Assembly (NCBI GenBank): GCA_027604505.1
Contig: JADIIX010000018.1
Span: 124,001-188,000, forward strand
Reading direction: 5' to 3'
DNA length: 64,000 nucleotides
DNA from: Gonapodya sp. JEL0774
Lineage: Eukaryota
The position numbers were made by a program, and so were the translations under genes. Shown here piece after piece: positions 55,978 through 64,000 of this stretch (positions are counted from its first letter, which is position 1; each line of letters opens with the position of its first letter). The notes under the pieces are model-generated. The model saw only the letters and a program-made list of their open reading frames with translations, made no database searches and had not been told where the DNA came from.

Positions 55978-56472
55978 TAGAGGGTAGTTGCATCGTGGGC
56001 GGAGGGGAGAGTCGAATCGGACTTCACTTTCACTTGTACATACGCATAAAATACTGACAATGTCTTGAATGCCCCGTGTCTGCAGTTGACTGTCGCATGA
56101 CAAACCACGTCCTCAGAGAGAGTCACTCCAGGCATAGAATACATTCACGGGTGGTGTGATGTGGTGCATTATCGACACACCAAGGCCCGATGTAGCATGC
56201 ATACACGCAAAATTTTTCTTATAGTAACAAAGCTCTACATTGTTGAATCGAAAACACCGATGCTCCCAAGTCTGCGACTGCTTTGATACCCGGTCACGGC
56301 GCTGGCCTTGCCAACGTCCCATAACCCTCCCCGTAGTCGTCGTCGCTCCCGTCGCACCCAGCCCGTGCGGCATACTCTCGGCAACACAGTCACAGCACGG
56401 TCCCGTCACAGTCAAGCATCCCGTGTCTTCCACTTTCATCTCAACGACTCTCCCACCTAACATGCGCACCCC

Positions 56473-57631
56473 CTACCTTCTCAAACTCTCCACAACCGCT
56501 CGCATTTTTCCTGGCTCAGCCATCTGCCGTTCATATTCTGGCGGTCCAATCAAACCTCCCATAAATACGTCTGTCCGTCGATATTCCATGGCGCTTGGCA
56601 CAACTCCCAAAACCGCCATGTGGATTTCCTTGATCACCACTCCAGCCACCGCACTGGCTTCCAATACATATGGAAGGAGCGCCGGAGTGATGCCCCCGCC
56701 TGGCATGATGGTTATGTGCGGGGGTGCACGTTGTATCAGCTGGTGAATGAGGCGGAGACCTTCGAGGGACGTGGGGGCTTGGCCAGAGGTGAGGATCCGA
56801 GTTATGTTTGGAATGGTGGAGATATGGGAGAGGGCGATGTCAGGATCAGGAGTAACGTCGAAAGCCCGGTGGAAGGTCACGGCTAGGGGTGCGGCAAGGG
56901 AGGCGAGTCTGGCAATAGTGACGCGGGAAGGCGAGATGGACGCAATCATCAGAAATGAGAGATGAATCGTGCACTCAAAAAGACATTCGCACTGCAACAC
57001 CACCGGCGCGTCCTTTGAAATCCAACCACTGGGCCTCGAACTCACTCTGCTGTCCTCTCCACGTCCACGTTGCCATCCCTCCTCAAAATGCCAAACACAA
57101 CACCGGCTACACCCACTTGCTTGAAAGCCTCGATGTCTCGCCGCATTACCGCAAATTCCAAATCGCTGTAGAGAAAGTCTCCACCTCGGGGACGAATCAT
57201 GACATGGATGGGGATGCGGAGGCGGTCGTGACAAGTTTGAACCATACCAAGGGAGGGAGTGGTGCCGCCTAGGGTTTCGGATGTGTATGGTGGGTTACGA
57301 CAGTGTGAGCGGTCCAGTTACGTCCAGACAGACAGAATGTGAGGAGAGGGGGAGAGACCTTCCAGCAAATTAGCGCACAATTCTATTCTGTCAGCTCCAT
57401 TCGCTTCTGAAATGAGTGCCCTAGGGGTGACATCCAGGGATGTCAGAATGTTCAAAACCTGCACCTTCCTCCGCCACCAAATGAGCATCCATAGGCAGTA
57501 GCAACATACGATTCGACGTTTTCGACGCAAGATTCAAACAGGATGCGACTCTGCTTTGTACTTGTTGAGAAGGGAGATCCCGATACTGATGCCTGGCGCT
57601 GTTGAAGCGCTGGCGTGAATGGCGTGTCCAT
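56473..57631 (-). CDS. CUTC: Copper homeostasis protein CutC family
   Basis: FESCVEN, GADRIELCANLLE|GGTTPSLG, VMIRPRGGDFLYS, VTFHRAFD, RILTSG, IMPGGGI. Confidence 0.95.
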
Positions 57632-57934
57632 TCTTTATTCTTAAGGTGATCAGTCGATTCGCCATCGGAGGAAGATCGATGAATTGAATTCGACAGAAAC
57701 TGTTCGCAATCGCCGACTCACAATGGGCAGTGGCAAGTGCGATCTGGCTTGTCTCGCGCTGATGCTTGCTTTGAAATCCAAGAACGAATCGAGTCAGACT
57801 ATGCAACTTCCTGGCGAAACAATACCAAATAACTGCTTTGTGGCGGTTCTGCTGTGGGCTGACGTGGTGATCCCATTCCGTCGATCTTGCACACACACAC
57901 AGACACACAACATTCTCGAATAATTTAATCACAA

Positions 57935-59236
57935 ATGGCTCCCAGCACGACAGCCAGAACAGTGGTTGCTTTCACAGGGGGAAAAGATTCGACGCTTTCG
58001 CTGATTCTTCTCCTCAATTCTCTCAATCCAAACCCGAAAGCGGATTCCGCGTTCAAACCCGATGTCGACTACTCCACCTCGTATGACCTGCTGAAATGCA
58101 TCACATTCGCTCCTAGAGATAAACCTTTTCGTGCTCACCCACGGCATCTGGTGAAGGCGATTGCCGAAGAATGTTTCGGCCTCCCATTTGAGGTGAGTAT
58201 TCCGACACCTGACGAGGAAAAGAGAAGGTCAGCATCACCAAAAGACTATGTATAGTAATCTCACATGCTATATTGGAGTACAATTGTGCAATCTGATGTT
58301 CAGTCGGCTCGTGGTGCAGCGATGCAACCGCGAAGGAGGATTTGTGACTCGAGAAAGATGATTCCACCGCGAGAAAGTCCCAACCTTTGTATTCAAAAGC
58401 ACGTCACGGAAAACTTTTCTACACGTGAAGCACTTAGCGTGCACCTTTCTTCCCTCATTCCTGTACTAACCCATGCAACGTCACCACGAACCCAAGGTCT
58501 TGTACATCGACGGCCCCGACTTCCTCTCCTCCTATCGCGCCCACATCCTCTCACTCCACTCCTCTTTGCAAACCACCCATCTCGCCACGGGCGACATGCT
58601 CGACGTCTGTAACTCCTTCATGGACCGGGTGGTGGAAACCACTCCCGTATCACTCGTCCGGCCACTCTGGCACCTCGATCCTGATCTCACGCTCAGGCAG
58701 ATGTTGGGCGCGTATGGCATGACGGTGCTGGTGACATGTGTTGATGTCAGTCAGGTTGACAGAGACTTGACGGACGCATTGTTGGGGAAGGTCTTGACGT
58801 GGGAGGTTTACGAGAAGTGGCTTAAGGGACAGGATAAGGTTGAGTGAGTTTGACACCGGAAGGGGGCTTGATGTGAGGCAGNNNNNNNNNNCGAACTCCT
58901 CCATTCCAACGACTTGTGCACGCCCCCCCCGCGGCCGGGGGGGCAAGGGAGGGTTCGAAGAGAAGGGGGGTTCGGAAATGTGTTGATTGCTCAACTCCCT
59001 TCCACAAATGGCTGTTGTTTGCATGAGGCCCTCCCATGATCGACTGACATCCTATCTCATCCCTAACCTTCCACTCCAGTCAATGCGGTGAGCGCGGCGA
59101 ATTCCACACCTTGGTCCTCGACTCTCCGTACCACAAGAAACGCCTCGAAATTGTCAGCGGCAAAACAGTTGCCGAAGAAGGCTCGCGGCATTGGTGGTAT
59201 GAGGTAGAAGAGTGGAAGGTGGTAGACAAAGAATAG
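57935..59236 (+). CDS. PP-loop ATPase of DUF71/diphthine-ammonia ligase (Dph6-like) family
   Basis: VVAFTGGKDSTL, ATGDMLD, LVRPLW, CGERGEFHTLVLDSP; last intron spans the N gap. Confidence 0.85.
58882..58891. other. Assembly gap (10 N)
   Basis: Run of n in sequence. Confidence 1.
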
Positions 59237-59570
59237 AAGAGGCAAGGGTCTCAATAGGGAATCGGTGGTCGAAAATTTTATTTGACTCCATGATAGACGG
59301 AGAAGGATATCCTCAAACACTTCCCCATCTAATTTATTGGCGTTACTGTTCAGTCCTCTGCAGCAGTCGGAAGCCCTCACCCCCACATCCTGCAACTTTC
59401 AACCAACCCACCCGATGCAGGTTTCGAATAACGCAGGCTGGGACGCCGTAGAGAAGTGTGCGTGAGTATCAACATGATGAAGGGCCTTGTGGCCGACGCT
59501 GGACTAATGCCGCAGATGTGTTCGATTCTCAAATTGATGTCCTTCCACTTCTGTGCCCAACAGCGGACTC

Positions 59571-60203
59571 CAGACTCCATCACAGGAGGCCAAAGACGAG
59601 CTTATAGCTTTGCTCTTAGGTGAGCAGTGGGGCTTGTGACAGACTGTGACTCGGTCCTGTGTGCGCGCACAGCGTCTGAGTGCACGGGCTGTCACAAGTC
59701 ACACAGTCGTTTTTGATGGGCTCACGGGCGACTCTGCGGCCAAGTGATGGTGAATCTGGGGTCATATTATACCCGAAACATTTGCCAGTGAGTATTGTCG
59801 GCAGCGCGGAGGCTCTTACCGTCGAAGCATCTCAACACCGTCACACTACAGAATGCCTACAGAATGCTGTCGACCCAGGATGATATGAAGTAAGCAGTAG
59901 GCAAACAAGCGGGGACGAATGCTCCAGTGAGTTGCTCTGCCCCTCAGTTTCTCTTCTTGCTATACGCAATGTCCTCAAATATCTCGAAATGTTCTCGTCC
60001 TACCGCATTCACATTTCATTGACAGACTCCATTGCAAGAGGGCAAGGACAAGTGCATCTGCTATTGCTCTTAAGTGAGCAGTGGGATTTGTTGCAGACAA
60101 TAACTCTGACCTCGCGCGCACCGGGTCTGAGGGCGCTATGTCGCAAGTCACGGAGTCATATTATGGACAGGCCGGTGTGCGAGTCTGCGACCGAATGATG
60201 GTG
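59571..60203. repeat. Diverged direct repeat pair of a hairpin-rich element of about 180 bp (59571-59752 and 60023-60203)
   Basis: Shared blocks cagactccat, ttgctctta(g/a)gtgagcagtggg, gcgcgcac, gtctgag, caagtcac, tgatggtg at a constant offset of about 452 bp. Confidence 0.8.
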
Positions 60204-60963
60204 GTTTTGGATGCGGACAACTGTCGTTTATCACAATTCAGGTATGTGGACACTCTGTGAAAAGTATGATCGTGGACTCATCCCCAAGTCGTTACTGTCT
60301 GCCACTGCATCCATTCAAGACTTGCGACATGTCGAAAGTGGAGGAGAGTATTCAGGTTTACATCGCTACGTTAGCTTGACCGTGCGTGTCTCCGGGGGGG
60401 TTGTGCGGGCAACTTCCATTGCCTCCCGGACCGACAGGCGTGCGCGAGTCAGTAATAAATTTCCCGCGCAAGCCCCGTTTGCTCCATTTAGTCCGAGTAG
60501 TTGTCATTTTGTGTTTGTTCTTTGTGCGTCCCGAACAGATGAGCAGCAGGTAAGAAGACGTCAGAGTGCAGAGTGTAGGTGAATCACGAGTAGCGCTTGT
60601 ACCACATCCGCATTGTATCGCAAGTAAAGACTCTGTGTTTGATTTCCCTGGAGAACTTCATCCATTCATGTTCACGACGACCTCCTCCACCAACACATAA
60701 TATACTTACGCTACATGTAAATGGATGGTCGCCGAAGAATGTTCTCTGCACAGCTGGAATGAGGTGGATCGATTGTCATGGCAAAAGTTAACGAAGGCAC
60801 GTGGCTCAATGCGGAAGCGCTCGTCAAAAACTTTGCTTTGATATCAAAGAAAATGCAAATGATCACCCTCAAACATTCATCTACTCCCTCATTGCTTTGT
60901 TGTTGCGTAGCGCCTAACACCCAGGGTGTAAACAATTTCCTATCGATGGATTCATTTCTCTCT

Positions 60964-62209
60964 TCACTTTCCCTGCCACATTCCAACGGCCTTCCTCGCC
61001 GCCATGACTCCGACCACGTCCATCGCGTTGGATCCACCGCCCATGTACTTTTGCACGAGTTTGGCGGCCTCTGCAGCAGCGAGGGATGCAATGACCCGGC
61101 GCGTGTAGGAGGGATCTTGCTTGGACGGATCTTGGCCTACAGGACAAATTCAGAATAATAGGAAGTAGATCGGAGGTCGTTGCAACGGTTTCGGGGAGAC
61201 GATCAGTGGGGGCATCTCACCTTCCGCCCCAGCCTTGTCACGGTACAGCTGGTTTGCCTTGAAGCCCGCGGCACTGGAGATGGTACTTTCGCTCATTTGT
61301 CCTTGGTGCTGAGCGAAAGAGACAGGTCGCAATGGTCAATTTGTCCCCCTCACGTTCCCCGCTAATGTTTTAGTCGCCTCACCATTCCCGATCCACCCTG
61401 GTACACCCTGTCGTATGCGTTTTGTGCCTCTTGCCAGTCAGGAATGCCGTCTCGATCGCGATCGTTTGGATCTGTGCCCATGCCCACGAGGGACTTGATC
61501 TGGTGGATAGGGGCTATGACTTCAACCATCCTCACCGATCACCGAGATTGACCCACCTTGTCCACCACGCCATCAACAAATCCACCTTGGCTTGCGTCAG
61601 CATCCGTGGTATCGTCCATGTACCTCTTCCAGTCTTGCCCCCCAGCTCCGTAACCACTCACACCTCCCCGCTGAGCGGACTCTCCAACGCGTTCCTGCCC
61701 GAACCCGGACATATATGCCGGACCACCACCAACATTTCCACCAGGGTAAGCTGGTGGCTGCATTGGCCCTCTGTATCCCCGTTCGAGATACGGTCCAGGC
61801 GCCTGTGAGAACTGTTGCGGACCGCCTTGCTGCGGATAACCGTACCCTGCCTGTCCCGCATCCCCGTGGTGGTGGTGGCCATGGTGAGGTTGCCCACGAG
61901 TGTATCCTTTCGTGGTTCGATGAGGTGCCACGACAGCGTCGGGAGTGATGACGTGGCCAGTCGCCAAAGTTCCACTAGCATGCAGCAAACAACAGGCTAC
62001 TCACCTCCTTCACCAAACTGTGCACCAAAAGGCGCTCCACCATCTCCTGGAGGGCCTTTGTAGCTCGTTCCCTGAGGTCCTTGTTGGTATTGACCGGCTT
62101 GAGGTGCGTACCCGCCTGAAAAAATCAGGCTCAGTAAAGTGAGAAGACAATAGCGGCAACACGTAAAAGAGGTCTCAGAACCTTGCTGAAAATCGTCGTA
62201 GTTGGACAT
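60964..62209 (-). CDS. G/Q/Y-rich protein with C-terminal CipC/DUF3759-like helical domain
   Basis: MSNYDDFQQG|GYAPQAGQYQQG.., DRDRDGIPD, SSAAGFKANQLY, RRVIASLAAAEAAKLVQKY..WQGK*; family call by resemblance only. Confidence 0.6.
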
Positions 62210-62726
62210 TTTAAGATCGAGGCTTTTGTTGGTGACTCTGGGACCAGTATTATACAACGATCGAACGGCCAACACAAAACTGAATTCTGTTTCACTTATT
62301 TATTTTCAATACCCCATGCTTTTCCCACAAAGGAGTAAATAGTGCAAAAGAACATGTCGATATTCTAAAATATTTCGTTTTCGATGTTGAGGATGGCTCG
62401 GCTTCAGTCAGAATAGAGTACAATTTAAAGTATACACAAGTCAGATAAAAGTACCGATGTGGGTCAGATAAAAGATTTAAGGGGGTCAGGAAAAAGCGTC
62501 ACACTGTTCGAAATAAAAACAATGTGACTTATTCACAAGTTAAAACTATGGGTCTTGATTTGCCCGCATATTATATTCATTGAACATGATACGTTTCTCA
62601 TTGTTACACTCGGTTGTGAACGTGAGACGGTAGAAGTCCAACAAGTTCGGCCTTTGAAATTCTTCTCCTTCTTCTATTTTCTCTCCCATGATTTTTATAT
62701 CACATAACCCAAGGTTCCCTGTCTGA

Positions 62727-64000
62727 TTATAACTTGAACTTTTTAGGTAGCACTCCCAGGTACTCTTTGGACCCCTTTCCCCAATACGCATCCTATCACA
62801 ACAGCACCAAGTAGAATGTGAGGAATTGGAAAGCTCAAGCGTTCCTTGTAGGAAAGGATGCCATGCTACTGGAACACCAAAACGCACCCGTATGAGACGC
62901 TTGTACAGCTTACCCGTGTCGTGACGGGGCAAATCCCGCATGAACTCTATCTTCTTTGGGATTTTGACGTGGCTGATGGGCAGAGTGGAGGGTTGTACAA
63001 ATGAGAGTACTGATGGCAGAGCTCAACCAAGCCATGGTAGGCCCAGCCTCATAGTTGACACTTGCCTCAACCTCTGTCGCAAATACGCTATGAGTTCGTC
63101 AGCGAGATCCTGTGAAGCAGTTGACCAGTCCACCGGCTGCACGACAGCTATAACCTTTTCACCCAGTATCTCTGGGAGGTGAAGATACACAAGTTCGTCC
63201 GTAAGAAGCTTGTTCGCGCGCTCGAGGAGCATGGGATACGTACCATCTGGCGCTCCAATGACAGCGGAATCTTGGATTTTGGGATGCATAACAAGCTATT
63301 CACGCAAACAAGTGTCCGTCTAGATGTGTTGCGATTAGAAGAGAACTACCTGAAGGCGATGATCTCACAAGATTCTCGATCTCCTATGTTTTGATGAGCA
63401 TGTGAGGGACCATGAGAATTTCATTTCATCCCCACGATGCCCGAAAACACACCTGAGGATAAATATTGACTCCACCAGAAATGATCATGAAACTCTTCCG
63501 GTCCGTCAGGAAAAGGTATCTGTAAGAGTCATCGTAGTTCTCAAATGATTTTCGTTTCACTAAGCAGCACCACCGACCCGTCCTCATCGATCCATCCTAC
63601 GTCCCCGAGCGTACTCCATCCAGGGTTTTGGGGGTGCCGGGTCTCTGCCGTTTTCTCCTTGTCGCCGTGATACTGGTTGATTCCGAACCGCTGTCAGAAC
63701 TTGAGACTAACGGAGCGTATCAACACCGATAACCGACCTCAAATTCTCCTCCGCCGGCAAAGTACACCAGCCCTTCTTGCTTTGGTGGAAGCACCTTGTG
63801 TTGTTCGTCACAAATCTTGATCTCCACTCCTGGTGTCCGGACTCTTCCGACGGAACCTTTTTTGCGACACCATTCTTCGGATGTGATGATGGTGGCTGAA
63901 TAACGGTCAAAGGGCTCGCTTGAAATTGTTATGATAAGGCACCCTGGATATGTGCTCACCGCCGTTGCCTTCTGTTCCGGCATAGCTGTCGAGTAATTGA
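62727..64000 (-). CDS. AMP-dependent acyl-CoA synthetase, C-terminal part (5' end outside window)
   Basis: GSVGR, WSTLGDVGWIDEDG|YLFLTDRKSFMIISGGVNIYPQ, HPKIQDSAVIGAPD, LPRHDTGKLYKR; ends KKFKL*. Confidence 0.92.

Noticed and set aside
60711..61158. Overlapping 126-aa ORFs on both strands
   Set aside because: Explained by the last exon and 3' flank of the CipC-like gene read in another frame.

Overview
Gene-dense, intron-rich eukaryotic DNA with mostly 50-70 nt GT-AG introns. Fungal markers (Zn2Cys6 factor, kexin, Ugo1, Nhp6) occur together with the axonemal gene CFAP57/WDR65, so the source is inferred to be a flagellated early-diverging fungus (chytrid/monoblepharid-like). About 24 spliced genes can be read: USP7/UBP15 (partial), LUC7, an inositol 5-phosphatase, kexin, CCT1, Ugo1-like carrier, proteasome alpha5, SYS1, a Zn2Cys6 TF, three tandem ankyrin-coiled-coil-SH3 paralogs, a GMC oxidoreductase, DGAT2, two duplicated GNATs separated by a gypsy RT relic, mitochondrial uL5, CFAP57, NHP6, NPR2, an HSL-family esterase, CutC, a DUF71/Dph6-type ATPase, a CipC-like protein and an acyl-CoA synthetase (partial). 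A MITE with perfect 30-bp TIRs is also present. The most notable unexplained signals are: (1) exons that start C-rich and end G-rich, including in synonymous codon choice (about 36-59 kb); (2) a tandem family with insert-bearing ankyrin repeats, an unrecognised conserved segment, coiled coil and SH3; (3) long introns that fold into nested hairpins; (4) a duplicated, structured intergenic element near 59.6/60.1 kb. Exon boundaries were read by eye, so gene ends are approximate.
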